Part shown: in pieces, positions 21,687 through 31,495 of the stretch
Layout of the letters: each line of letters starts with the position of its first letter
Position numbering within the stretch: the first letter of the stretch is position 1
NCBI GenBank assembly: GCA_036725985.1
Contig: DAIMDD010000006.1
Location: forward strand, 107,227-171,226
From: Burkholderiaceae bacterium
GTDB lineage: Bacteria; Pseudomonadota; Gammaproteobacteria; Burkholderiales; Burkholderiaceae_B
Length of the DNA stretch: 64,000 nucleotides
Direction of reading: 5' to 3'
The notes under the pieces: model-generated
The model's input: the letters and a program-made list of their open reading frames with translations, nothing else
What the model was told of the DNA's origin: nothing
Databases searched by the model: none
Made by a program: the position numbers and the translations under genes

Positions 21687-23021
21687 TTATTTTCGATTTA
21701 GCAGCAAGTCGTAAATCGGTTCTTGTTTGAGAAGTGCTGGTATCAAGGTGCAGATTACAGAGGCAATTAACAACGGGATCATCAGCTCTACTTTCCCACT
21801 CATTTCTATCGTCAGCAAAATTCCTGTCAGCGGTGATCTGACGACAACAGTAAAAAATGCAGCCATTCCCACAAGAGCGAAAGATATCGGGTCTAGTTGT
21901 CCGAGGTCCGCAAGCGAGAGCAAGGGGTTGATCACAATAACGAAGACCACTCCCAGACCTGAGCCCATGAGTAGTAGCGGAGTGAATAGCCCGCCTGGTA
22001 CGCCGCTTACATAGCTGAGCGGTCCCAGGAAAAAGCGCACAAAAAGCATGATGACGAGCGGTAATAAAAAGGACTGTTGAGTTAAAAGTGCATCAACTTG
22101 CAAGCCTCCTCCTCCAACCCAGTGGGGGAAGAAATAACTCAGTAGCCCAACTCCTGCACCAATAAGCATTGCTTTAGTAACTGGGGAGATTTGCTTGATA
22201 GCGTCGCTGATATCTAAAGCGACAATCACTGTTCTGCTGTAGAGCACGCCGATGACACTAAGTAAGACAGAGAAGACTAAATATAAAAACAAACTCAGCC
22301 CTGTGTCAGGTAAAAGAGCACCCACCACAAACTCTATTGAATTTCCAAAATAAGTCCGGTAAATGATGATCCCTGAACAGACTGCGGTTAAAGAAACCAT
22401 CAGTCTTACGATCGAAACTTTTTTAGCGATTTCCTCTACTGAAAAAGCGATGCCAGCGAGGGGCGCATTAAAGGCAACCGATAATCCCGCTCCTGCGACT
22501 GAGGTGTAGAGCATTGATTGTTCTTTGGCTTTCAGGCGAAACAGCTTGCCAGACTCCGAGCCGATCACGGCTGCCATTTGAACGGTGGGGCCTTCTTTGC
22601 CCAAAGCCATTCCAGAGCTAATTGACAGCAAGCCGCCAAGAAACTTGATCGGTAAAGCTCTGAACCTGCTTGGCGCAGCGCCTTGGTGCATCACAGCTTC
22701 TACGTGCTGGATGCCACTGCCGATCGTCGTGGGCTCGAGTTTGACTAAAAAGCGAGCGATACCTACACATAGGCAGGTGAACAAGCTCGTCAAAATAAAA
22801 CCTGGTATTAGCCAATGGCTATCCACCGTGTGAAGATAAGCAATAAAAATGAGTAATTGACTACCAACCGTGTTTAAAGTACTGCGAAAGGCGCCACCCA
22901 CGAACCCCACCAGTGCTCCTGCTATTGCAGCGACAAGCAAAAGTCTGAAAAGAGCAAATGGTGATTCATAAGAGTCGTTTGTTTTTAGTGCCTGCATTGA
23001 TGATTGCCTTTGAGGACTCAT
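21687..23021 (-). CDS. clcA: ClC-family chloride channel / H+-Cl- antiporter
   Basis: Selectivity-filter motifs GSGIQ, GKEGP (gating Glu present) and GGLFTP. Polytopic, with no CBS domains. Confidence 0.9.
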   Translation of the reverse strand: MSPQRQSSMQALKTNDSYESPFALFRLLLVAAIAGALVGFVGGAFRSTLNTVGSQLLIFIAYLHTVDSHWLIPGFILTSLFTCLCVGIARFLVKLEPTTIGSGIQHVEAVMHQGAAPSRFRALPIKFLGGLLSISSGMALGKEGPTVQMAAVIGSESGKLFRLKAKEQSMLYTSVAGAGLSVAFNAPLAGIAFSVEEIAKKVSIVRLMVSLTAVCSGIIIYRTYFGNSIEFVVGALLPDTGLSLFLYLVFSVLLSVIGVLYSRTVIVALDISDAIKQISPVTKAMLIGAGVGLLSYFFPHWVGGGGLQVDALLTQQSFLLPLVIMLFVRFFLGPLSYVSGVPGGLFTPLLLMGSGLGVVFVIVINPLLSLADLGQLDPISFALVGMAAFFTVVVRSPLTGILLTIEMSGKVELMIPLLIASVICTLIPALLKQEPIYDLLLNRK

Positions 23022-23051
23022 AAACTCAGATTTTTTTGTATCGACCTAGCG

Positions 23052-24053
23052 TTAATCAAGCTCGATGTTCGCCGCCTTTGCTACGGCTTGCCATTTTAGA
23101 ATTTCAGCTGCGATGAATGTTTTAGTTTGCTCTGGTGTCATGTTGATAGGTTCAAACGCCATTTCAGCCAAGCGGCTGGCATATTCCGGATTCGTGACGA
23201 TTTTCTGATTCCAGTCGCGCAAGCTTGTCTGGATCGACTCAGGTGTTTTAACTGGAACAGCAATACCCCACCAGGAACTAGACACAATCTCAGGCATACC
23301 GAGCTCGGTAAAGGTCGGGACGTTGGGTAAGGGTTTAAGACGACTGGTGTGTGCAACAGCGAGGGGTTTGAGTTTGCCTTCTGCGATCTGCGCCTGGAAA
23401 GTGCTCAGATCATTGACGTTGAGTGTGACTTCACCACTCATGACCGCCAGGGTCGCAGGTGCTCCACCCTTATAGGGGACATGCATCAATTCAGTCCCAG
23501 TCTTGGTGCGGAAAAGCTCAGCACCCATTTGCACTATGCTGCCTGTGCCAGCAGAGGAATAGCTCAGTTTACCGGGCTCTTTTTTTGCCAGAGCGATGAG
23601 TTCGGCAATGTTATTGACTGGCACGCCAGGACCAACCACCAACAGGTGAGGCGCATCGGCGATCAGCCCAATCATCGAAAAATCTTTTTGAAAGTTGTAA
23701 GTGAGTTTTTTTTGAACGACCTCGTTAATCACGCTGGTGCTCGCGGTACTAAAAAGGATGGTATAGCCATTGGGCTCGGCGCGCACTGCATTCTGGGTAC
23801 CAATGATGCCGGCAGCCCCGGCCATGTTTTCAACTACAACGGGCTGGCCGGCTAGCTTGGAGAGCTGCTGTGCATAGAGTCGGGCGACGATATCGCTGGG
23901 GCCACCTGCAGGAAAGGGAACGATTAACTGCAACTGACGGTTGGGATAGGGGGCTGAGGTTTGTGCTTGAGCGGCAATATGAACGAGACCCACGCTAGCG
24001 ATTGAGGCGGCAAGCCATTTAACAAAGTGGTAGGTTTTCAAGTGGAGCTCCAT
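23052..24053 (-). CDS. Bug-family (TctC-like) tripartite tricarboxylate transporter substrate-binding protein
   Basis: Signal peptide ending AAQA and Bug motifs (VENMAGAAGIIG, GYTILF). The alternative GTG start at 24107 abuts the upstream stop. Confidence 0.85.
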   Translation of the reverse strand: MELHLKTYHFVKWLAASIASVGLVHIAAQAQTSAPYPNRQLQLIVPFPAGGPSDIVARLYAQQLSKLAGQPVVVENMAGAAGIIGTQNAVRAEPNGYTILFSTASTSVINEVVQKKLTYNFQKDFSMIGLIADAPHLLVVGPGVPVNNIAELIALAKKEPGKLSYSSAGTGSIVQMGAELFRTKTGTELMHVPYKGGAPATLAVMSGEVTLNVNDLSTFQAQIAEGKLKPLAVAHTSRLKPLPNVPTFTELGMPEIVSSSWWGIAVPVKTPESIQTSLRDWNQKIVTNPEYASRLAEMAFEPINMTPEQTKTFIAAEILKWQAVAKAANIELD

Positions 24054-24107
24054 GAAGCTATGTACAGAGGTGATGGTGCAATGGCAGGTCTGAGAGGGCT
24101 TGCGCAC

Positions 24108-25028
24108 CTAGTGTGTGGGCTTATCTAGTGGCGTCACGCAAGAGGCAAAGTCGATCTGGGAACGAATGAAATTTCCACTGTGCAGGCTATAAGATAATCT
24201 ATCAAAGCCTGTCTTAGACATTCTGGGTGATTGCGCCCAGATGCCCTGTTGTAAATATCGTGCAATCGCGTGTTCGAGACGCTCTGCGCTCAGTTCTGGA
24301 AAGAAGCTTTGAACATGGGTCGCAAGCTTGGCCGGTGACTGTGCGTGCATCCAGGTCTGAAGTGTTTGCAAGAGGGCGTTAAGTTGCGTGAAGGCTGTCT
24401 GGTGCTTATTCCAGCCATCGCGCGAGCATATCAGCGTTGTGTAGACGGTCGGTCCGCGGGTGTGGGCGCTATACAGTATTTGATAGGCTGGATCGCTCAG
24501 CAATTCACTGACGAGTGGTTCAAACAGTTGTGCGACATCAAGCGTCCCGGATTTAAGCGCCTGTATTTGTTCGGGCATACTAAGGCCGCGTTTAAGAGAA
24601 GCTTCTATTTCCGCTACGGACAACCCCAGATCGCGCAGATCCGCCTGCAGGCACAGCCAGGGGGTCGGGACTTCAGAGACAAGTGCCAAGCGTAGCTGTG
24701 TGAGTTGTGCAAGCTCGAACTGTCCGAGATTTTTTTTCCCAAGTAAAAAAAATGGGTCGCGCGACACCACCTCACCAAAACACAGCAAGGACTCTCCATT
24801 GGAAGGTGTCGTGTCATGATCTTTCATGACGCGCATCGGACCTCCCCAAGTGAGATCTACGGAACCATTTTTAATCGCCTCGATGGCACCACCCGGAGAG
24901 CCTGGGGGTAACCAGTTCAGTGCAAGCCCGGCCTGTTCGGCAAGACCAAGCGTTTTCAATAAATAAAAGGGCGTATAAAAAATGGCTCTAAAGTTTTCGG
25001 CGAGCGTAAGTGTCATGACAGAAGACAT
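24108..25028 (-). CDS. NMT1/THI5-like (SsuA/TauA-fold) protein without a signal peptide
   Basis: By-eye resemblance to NitT/TauT-type binding-protein fold. The N-terminus MSSVMTLTLAENF has no hydrophobic leader. Confidence 0.6.
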   Translation of the reverse strand: MSSVMTLTLAENFRAIFYTPFYLLKTLGLAEQAGLALNWLPPGSPGGAIEAIKNGSVDLTWGGPMRVMKDHDTTPSNGESLLCFGEVVSRDPFFLLGKKNLGQFELAQLTQLRLALVSEVPTPWLCLQADLRDLGLSVAEIEASLKRGLSMPEQIQALKSGTLDVAQLFEPLVSELLSDPAYQILYSAHTRGPTVYTTLICSRDGWNKHQTAFTQLNALLQTLQTWMHAQSPAKLATHVQSFFPELSAERLEHAIARYLQQGIWAQSPRMSKTGFDRLSYSLHSGNFIRSQIDFASCVTPLDKPTH

Positions 25029-25090
25029 TCATCCTGGAGATATGATTGCTAGCAGGTTATTTGTATTGCAGTGGTTGTTTAACTTTCGAC

Positions 25091-25126
25091 AAAAAAAATG
25101 ACTTACGTGCTGTAAGTCATTTTTTA
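25091..25126 (-). terminator. Bidirectional rho-independent terminator ending the ligase-to-ADH operon
   Basis: aaaaaaAATGACTTACgtgctGTAAGTCATTttttt: a perfect 10-bp stem flanked by an A-run and a T-run, 18 nt downstream of the ADH stop. Confidence 0.85.
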
Positions 25127-25143
25127 ACAGAATGTAATGAATA

Positions 25144-26205
25144 TTAAGCGGTCAGCACGGCCCGACCTGTTACTTTACCTTCCCGTAAGGACATGAGTAC
25201 CTGATCCGCATCCGACAGTGGGTGCTTATGGACCGGGATGGGAGTGATTTTGCCGCTCTTGACCAGTTCCATCAGATCGCGCATTTCCTGTAACGAACCT
25301 GTGTAGCTTCCCAGGATCTGCAAGGCTTTCATTGGAATGAAGGCGATTGGCCAAGGTGTTGCACCACCAAATAAGCCGACAATCACGAGTTTTCCACCCT
25401 TGATCAGGATATCAAAGGCCAGCCCTGTCGTAGAGGGCGCACCAACCAAATCAATGACAGCCTGAACGAGTTTGCCACCGTTGGCTTTGATGATTTGTTG
25501 CGCGGCATCGGGAGCTGCGCCATCGATTGCTGCAAGCGCGCCTGCGTCCAGCGCAGCCTGCCGTTTGACTGGATCGATGTCGACCACGATGGCGCCAGCT
25601 CCGCCCTGGGCTTTGACTAAAGCCAGGCACATCAGGCCCAGACCACCCGCTCCCATGATCACCACAGGATGTTTCTGGAATGTCCTGGCGCCGACTTTAT
25701 TCAAGGCACTGTAGGTCGTGATGCCTGAGCAAGCATAGGGCGCGATCATCGCAGGATCCAGATCACCAATATCGAGCAGATATTTAGCATCAGGTACAAG
25801 AATATGGTCAGCATAGCCACCGTCACGATGCACACCCAGATATTGTGGTGCTGCGCAGTGGTTATCCAGATCATCCTCGACGCAAGCGGGACATTTGCCG
25901 CAACCAATCCACGGATACACCAGATAGTTCTTGCCCAGTGTGACACCCTTGGCCTCAGGACCCATTGCAACAGCAGTCCCCGCCGTTTCATGACCCATGG
26001 TCATTGGCAGCTTGATGCCACGGTCTTTGAGAGATAGTGTGCGGCCATTGCCCAGATCATAGCCACCTTCCCAGAAGTGCAGATCGCTATGGCAGACACC
26101 AGCGGCACGCACTTCCACCAGCACCTCTTTACCGGTTGGGGTCGGTGTAGGCTGCTCGATGAGTTTGAGCGCGGATTTGAAATCAACAACGCAATAGCAT
26201 TTCAT
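25144..26205 (-). CDS. Zinc-dependent alcohol dehydrogenase (MDR family)
   Basis: GVCHSDLH, GHETAG, the structural-zinc Cys cluster (CGKCPAC) and GAGGLG. Confidence 0.85.
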   Translation of the reverse strand: MKCYCVVDFKSALKLIEQPTPTPTGKEVLVEVRAAGVCHSDLHFWEGGYDLGNGRTLSLKDRGIKLPMTMGHETAGTAVAMGPEAKGVTLGKNYLVYPWIGCGKCPACVEDDLDNHCAAPQYLGVHRDGGYADHILVPDAKYLLDIGDLDPAMIAPYACSGITTYSALNKVGARTFQKHPVVIMGAGGLGLMCLALVKAQGGAGAIVVDIDPVKRQAALDAGALAAIDGAAPDAAQQIIKANGGKLVQAVIDLVGAPSTTGLAFDILIKGGKLVIVGLFGGATPWPIAFIPMKALQILGSYTGSLQEMRDLMELVKSGKITPIPVHKHPLSDADQVLMSLREGKVTGRAVLTA

Positions 26206-26244
26206 GTGTAAGTTCTCCTGTTAATTTTTAGACTATTTATCTCA

Positions 26245-27807
26245 TTACATGACGAGTTCAATCAGGCGTGGACCTTTTTCTTTGGCCGCAACCCTTAATT
26301 CTTTGGTCAATGCTTCAAGAGTTGTGACTTGAACCCCGGGTACGCCATGGCCCTTGGCGATCGAGACAAAGTCCAGATAGGGGCCATCCAGATCCAGCAT
26401 GCGCGCTGCACTAATACCAGGAGCGGGACCACCCATGTTGGCGAGCTCGCCGCGCAGGATTTTGTAGGTACGGTTAGCACAAATGATGACGGTGATGTCG
26501 AGTTGCTCACGAGCCATGGTCCAAAGGGACTGGATGGTGTACATGGAGCTGCCATCACCGATTACGGCAATGACTTTACGATCCGGACAGGCGATCGCAG
26601 CACCGACGGCTGCAGGCAAACCAAAACCGATCGAGCCGCCCGTAATATCGATGACGTCGTGTGCTGCAGCCTGGGGGGTGAATTTACCAAACTGTCGGCC
26701 TGAGGTCACCGCTTCGTCAATCAAGATACCGTTTTCCGGGATGCACGCAGCAATCACGATCCCGAGGTTATCTGCGGTGGCGACACCTGTGGGCAGGTCT
26801 GTAAGGAAAGGACCATCCGAAAACTGCGCTGGAGCTGTGTTCTGAGCACCCAGGGCATCTACAAGCCCCTGGAGCGTGGCCTCGATATTGTGCGTCAGCG
26901 TCGCCAACTGATGAACCTCGCAATCGGGCTGCTTGATCATGCGTGGTTTGTCTGGATAGGCAAAAAATGCGACAGGATTAGCGCTACCAACCAGAACCAG
27001 ATTTTTGGTGTCTTTCAGCATTTCTACCGCACCCAGTACAGGGAAGGGCAGTGAGTCGATGTTGACTCGACCACGTCCGCGCTCCAAGCGTGGGTTGCGA
27101 GGCTCGGAGGCGAGTTTGCAGCCCGTGTGGGCTGCGATTTTCCCCGCAAGCAGGGTTGATTTGGCGCGTAACGCAGGCCCACCTAACAATAGCGTGGTGC
27201 GCGCAGCTTCAGCGGGATTCGATAAAAGCTTTGCCATCGCGACGATGGATTCAGCCAAGGGTGCAGCGGCAGTTTGAGCAGGCGCGGTTGAGTAATGACC
27301 CGGGTCGGAGGGCTCCCAGGCGCAGTTAGCTGGCAACACAAGGGTTGCGATGCGACCCGGTGTGCTGCGAGCCTGGGAAATCGCCTCGGCGGTGTCAAGC
27401 GGCGCAGCAGTGGCTGACATCGTCGTCTTCACCCAGTTTGACATGGGTCGCGCCACCGCCTCAACATCGGAATTCAACGGTGCATTGTTATGGATATGGT
27501 CTAGCGCGTGTTGGCCTACGATATTCACAATACCTGAGTAGGCGCGTTTTGCGTTGTGCAGGTTAGCCAGGCCATTGCCCAGTCCTGGTCCGAGGTGCAA
27601 CAAGGTCGCTGCGGGCTTTTCAGCCATGCGGTAGTAGCCATCGGCCGCACCCGTTACGACGCCTTCAAACAAGCCAAGCACACAGCGCATCTTGGTGGCG
27701 CGATCCAGCGCTGAAACAAAATGCATTTCCGAGGTGCCTGGATTGGCAAAACATACATCCACATCGCCTGCCAGCAGGGTGTGAACCATTGCTTCTGAAC
27801 CGTTCAT
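26245..27807 (-). CDS. Thiamine-diphosphate-dependent enzyme, benzoylformate decarboxylase / acetolactate synthase-like
   Basis: N-terminal NPGTSEMHF (catalytic Glu) and the ThDP motif GDGSS...x24...AN. At 520 aa with its end motifs it resembles BFDC by eye. Confidence 0.85.
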   Translation of the reverse strand: MNGSEAMVHTLLAGDVDVCFANPGTSEMHFVSALDRATKMRCVLGLFEGVVTGAADGYYRMAEKPAATLLHLGPGLGNGLANLHNAKRAYSGIVNIVGQHALDHIHNNAPLNSDVEAVARPMSNWVKTTMSATAAPLDTAEAISQARSTPGRIATLVLPANCAWEPSDPGHYSTAPAQTAAAPLAESIVAMAKLLSNPAEAARTTLLLGGPALRAKSTLLAGKIAAHTGCKLASEPRNPRLERGRGRVNIDSLPFPVLGAVEMLKDTKNLVLVGSANPVAFFAYPDKPRMIKQPDCEVHQLATLTHNIEATLQGLVDALGAQNTAPAQFSDGPFLTDLPTGVATADNLGIVIAACIPENGILIDEAVTSGRQFGKFTPQAAAHDVIDITGGSIGFGLPAAVGAAIACPDRKVIAVIGDGSSMYTIQSLWTMAREQLDITVIICANRTYKILRGELANMGGPAPGISAARMLDLDGPYLDFVSIAKGHGVPGVQVTTLEALTKELRVAAKEKGPRLIELVM

Positions 27808-28980
27808 TTATCTTGCTCCTGTTTTATTTTTCATGGTTTCGCGTGCGATCACAACTTGCTGGATTTCAGTCGCACCTTCATAAATACGTAATGCTCTAAT
27901 TTCACGATACAACATTTCCATTGGGTGGCCTTGTTTGACCCCCAAACCGCCGTGGAGCTGGACGCAACGATCAATAATACGTTGTGCAGATTCTGTTGCA
28001 AACATTTTCGCCATCGCTGCCGAGCGGGTGGTGCGTTTTTGCAAGATATCCCGCTCCCAGGCAGCTCGATAAACCAGCAGGGTCGCTGCATCGATCTCGG
28101 TGCACATGTCGCCAATCGCGCCCTGTGTGATCTGAAGGTCACCGAGGGTCGCGCCAAACATCTTGCGATTCACGGAACGCTCAATCCCCATGTCCAGCGC
28201 TGCCTCGGCAAAACCCAGCGCGGCAGCGCCCACTGAAGCGCGAAAGACGTCCAGATTCTGCATCGCGACCTTAAAACCTTTGCCTGGTTCGGTCAGTCTT
28301 TGCGAGACGGGGATTTCGCAATCTGTAAAAGTCAGCGTCCCAATCGGATGGGGCGCGCAGAGATTAAAACGATCCGTTACTTTCAGACCGGGCGTATTGG
28401 CATCCACCACAAAGGCGGTTACGCCATCGACTTCGTCGTTTTCAGTGCGCGCGAAAACGGTATAAAAATCCGCGATGTCAGCATTGGAGATCCAGGTTTT
28501 GACACCATTGATGCGGTAACCGTCTTGAGTTCGTGTGGCGCGTGTAGTCATCGCTGCTGCATCAGAACCTGCATCGGGCTCTGATAAAGCAAAGGCGGCA
28601 AGCATCTTGCCGGAGGCGACATGGGGTAAATATTTTTGTTTTAAATGCTCTGAACCAAACAGCGAAATAGGGCCGCTGCCCAAGCCTTGCAAGACAAAAG
28701 CAAAGTCTGCCAGCCCATCGTAGTAGCCAAGTGTCTGACGCAACAGGCACAGGCTGCGTGAATCCAGACCGGATAGCACACCGCCGTATTCTGCAGGCAC
28801 GCAATACCGCAACCACCCGGCATCACCGAGCATTTTGACCAGATCCTGACAACGCTTATCAACGCTGCCTTCGTGAAGGCGACTGTGCAAATTCGCGCGT
28901 GACCAAGTATGCAGAGCTTCGTGCAGTTGACGATGCGAGTCGTCAAAAAAGGGTAACAACATTGAATCGGGGTTGAACAT
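27808..28980 (-). CDS. Acyl-CoA dehydrogenase
   Basis: ACAD length and motifs, including the C-terminal IYEGATEIQ catalytic-Glu region. It abuts the ThDP gene start with a 0-nt gap. Confidence 0.9.
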   Translation of the reverse strand: MFNPDSMLLPFFDDSHRQLHEALHTWSRANLHSRLHEGSVDKRCQDLVKMLGDAGWLRYCVPAEYGGVLSGLDSRSLCLLRQTLGYYDGLADFAFVLQGLGSGPISLFGSEHLKQKYLPHVASGKMLAAFALSEPDAGSDAAAMTTRATRTQDGYRINGVKTWISNADIADFYTVFARTENDEVDGVTAFVVDANTPGLKVTDRFNLCAPHPIGTLTFTDCEIPVSQRLTEPGKGFKVAMQNLDVFRASVGAAALGFAEAALDMGIERSVNRKMFGATLGDLQITQGAIGDMCTEIDAATLLVYRAAWERDILQKRTTRSAAMAKMFATESAQRIIDRCVQLHGGLGVKQGHPMEMLYREIRALRIYEGATEIQQVVIARETMKNKTGAR

Positions 28981-28991
28981 ATCAATGATCC

Positions 28992-29738
28992 TTAAGTATT
29001 CAGCAAATCAAATTTCATTTGTACGTATCGGGTAGGAATTTCGAGTCGTGCAAAATAAATCACGCGCTCTTTGATGCAGGCGAATCTTCTGATTTCGGCA
29101 ACGGGTGCGGATAAGGGCAAATGCAGCGCCTCGGCGGAGTCTGCCCCCGCCTCGATAATGGTTAACAGCTGTCCGGCGTGCGTGAGTTCTTTGCCATGCA
29201 GCTCATTGAGGACGGGCGCAACGGTTGAATGGCGATAGCGTGCCGGATGTCGCCGGTAAATTTCGCGATCAAGGTACACCTCGCTATAGCAAAAGGGACC
29301 TGCTGAGGTCGTATGAAGCCGCCTGAGATACTGGAAACTGCCTGTTTGAGTGTATGGGCAGTCCATGCCAAGCGATGCAGGCAGGGGTAGGTCGGCATTG
29401 GCTTCCATGATAGTCGTGGTACCCAGTGCACTGGAAAGCGCGACTGTTTCAGCCCAGTTTTTGGGCAGCGTGAGTTTGAAGGTCTCGGGTAATTCATTAT
29501 TGACGTAGGTGCCCGAGCCGCGTGAGCGGTGGATCAGACCCTCGCGCTCTAGTATGCCAAAGGCTTGCCTGACGGTCGCACGCGAGACGCCCAAGGTTTC
29601 AACCAGTGACTCGAGTGGCGGCACTTGCTCGCTCGGTGGCCAGATCCCGCGCTGAATATTGCGGCGAAAGATCGTAGCCACCTGTAAGTAGAGTGGCTGA
29701 GGGCTGCGTGAGTAAAGCAAACCGGCCGACGGGTTCAT
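28992..29738 (-). CDS. GntR-family transcriptional regulator, HutC subfamily (UTRA effector domain)
   Basis: N-terminal winged HTH (LGVSRATVRQAFGILEREGLI) with a UTRA-like C-terminus. Its ATG overlaps the ligase stop (ATGA). Confidence 0.85.
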   Translation of the reverse strand: MNPSAGLLYSRSPQPLYLQVATIFRRNIQRGIWPPSEQVPPLESLVETLGVSRATVRQAFGILEREGLIHRSRGSGTYVNNELPETFKLTLPKNWAETVALSSALGTTTIMEANADLPLPASLGMDCPYTQTGSFQYLRRLHTTSAGPFCYSEVYLDREIYRRHPARYRHSTVAPVLNELHGKELTHAGQLLTIIEAGADSAEALHLPLSAPVAEIRRFACIKERVIYFARLEIPTRYVQMKFDLLNT

Positions 29739-31345
29739 GACTGCTCTGCCACAAGCTTGTCTGCCATCTCTCTCATTTTATTTTTCTGGATTTTGACGGC
29801 GTTTGCGCTCTCTACGGACGGAAAGGCTGTGAGGATTTCAAATCGGACTGGTACTTTAAAGGCAGCCATCCGTCTTTTGCATTCAGCGGTCCAGCCGCTC
29901 GGGTCTGCAAGCGCCCCGTCTTGCAGAATGACGAAGGCGACAGGTAGTATTTTGGTTCCCAAGGTCGCACCAACCACCTGGCAGGCTTTGATGCCGGGCA
30001 GAGTTTCTATGACTTGCTCTATCTCGATGGGGTTGACGAGGAAACCGGATAAACGCATCGAATCGCCCATGCGCGTCTGGAAAACAAACTGCCGGTCACT
30101 CACGGTATAACCGAGGTCTCCGGTTTTGAAATAGCCATCGGTAGTCAGGGCTTTAGCGGTAGCCTCTGGATTATCCAGGTAACCATGCATACGACTAGGT
30201 GACTTGATTTCAATCTCACCCGATTCGCCATGCGCGAGGATGGTCCCGGTTTCAGGATCTGATACGCGCACGCGTGCAGCAGGGTGAATCAGTCGCCCTC
30301 CAGCCATATAACGCACACTGAGCTCACCCTCTGAGGCCTGGGTGGGTTGTGCCGCGACAAGTGCTTGCAACTCGCTTGAACCATATAAGCCTGTCAGTGG
30401 CAAACCGTTGCGTTCCGCCTGCTCCAGCAGGTTAGTAATCGCAGGGGAAAAATTTGCAAAACCAAATAATTTGCAGCTTTTGAAGTCATTGGGCGAGTCG
30501 GCGGCTTCAAGTACTTTGAGGATGGATTCGTTGTTTGCATAGGTATGAGAAACCTGATGGCGTCGAATTTGTTCCAAGGTGCTTTGCGTATCGGTGACGG
30601 GTTCGCAGACGACCGTGCTGCCTGTCACGAGCCCCCCGAGCAGCGTACAAAAACCAAACGCGCCGCAAAAGGGTGCGCTGGCAAAAATCCGGCTAGTCTC
30701 GTTATAGCCATAAGCAACTTTCATCCCGTCGCCATGCGCGAGCAGGCTCAAATGGTCATGCAGCACAAATTTTGGCAGGGAGGTCGTGCCAGAGGTTGTA
30801 AAACAAATAACGCCGGCATTGCCGTAGGGCTCTGGTGTTGTGCAAGGAGTATTTAACAAGTGCTTAAAAGCGTGAACAGACTGCCCGCGCGCAGCGATAG
30901 CCTGTATGGCAGGACTTTGACTATCGCCAAGTGTGATGACGCCTCGCAGTCGTTTCATGACCCCGGCATCGACATCGGCCAGTATTTCAGCAAAGGCAAT
31001 GCCTTTGAAATCAGGCCACATGACGAGCCAGTCCGCCCGACCCCGACCAATAATATCAGCGACCTCTTTGCTGCGAAAGCGCGTGTTGACCGCCAGAACG
31101 GTTGCCCCCAGATGTGCGCAGGCCAGAAAGATCTGTACCCACTCAACGCAGTTGGGGAGCCAGATCGCAACCCGATCGCCTGCCTGAATGCCTAGTTTTG
31201 CCAGATTTCCTGCCAATTGGCAGGCTTGCGCGTTGAGTTGAGCGAAGGTCGTGCTGACATGGCGATCGATCAACGCCGGGTGTTCGGCGTGAGTGCTTGC
31301 CAGACTTGCCATTCGTTGAGCAAAAAAACTGGACATGGTCGTCAT
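29735..31345 (-). CDS. AMP-dependent acyl-CoA synthetase/ligase
   Basis: AMP-binding motif FTTSGTTSLPK, the GYLD...TGDLGY region and a C-terminal Lys motif. Confidence 0.9.
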   Translation of the reverse strand: MTTMSSFFAQRMASLASTHAEHPALIDRHVSTTFAQLNAQACQLAGNLAKLGIQAGDRVAIWLPNCVEWVQIFLACAHLGATVLAVNTRFRSKEVADIIGRGRADWLVMWPDFKGIAFAEILADVDAGVMKRLRGVITLGDSQSPAIQAIAARGQSVHAFKHLLNTPCTTPEPYGNAGVICFTTSGTTSLPKFVLHDHLSLLAHGDGMKVAYGYNETSRIFASAPFCGAFGFCTLLGGLVTGSTVVCEPVTDTQSTLEQIRRHQVSHTYANNESILKVLEAADSPNDFKSCKLFGFANFSPAITNLLEQAERNGLPLTGLYGSSELQALVAAQPTQASEGELSVRYMAGGRLIHPAARVRVSDPETGTILAHGESGEIEIKSPSRMHGYLDNPEATAKALTTDGYFKTGDLGYTVSDRQFVFQTRMGDSMRLSGFLVNPIEIEQVIETLPGIKACQVVGATLGTKILPVAFVILQDGALADPSGWTAECKRRMAAFKVPVRFEILTAFPSVESANAVKIQKNKMREMADKLVAEQS

Positions 31346-31428
31346 AAAAAAATTCCGTAAAACAGAGGCCGAACGTTGTGGTTATGCAGAGTTTCTGTGT
31401 GGTATTGTTTAATTCAGAATATCACTAT

Positions 31429-31446
31429 AGTACTTATTTACGTACT
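31429..31446. promoter_or_regulatory. Candidate GntR/HutC-type operator in the divergent promoter region
   Basis: AGTACttatttacGTACT inverted repeat, also readable as direct repeats GTACTTAT / GTACTTTAT. It lies between the ligase start (31345) and the Bug start (31496). Confidence 0.3.
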
Positions 31447-31495
31447 TTATAAGAAAAACTACGCGGTGAATGCACGGTCACCGCCAGGAGAGGTC

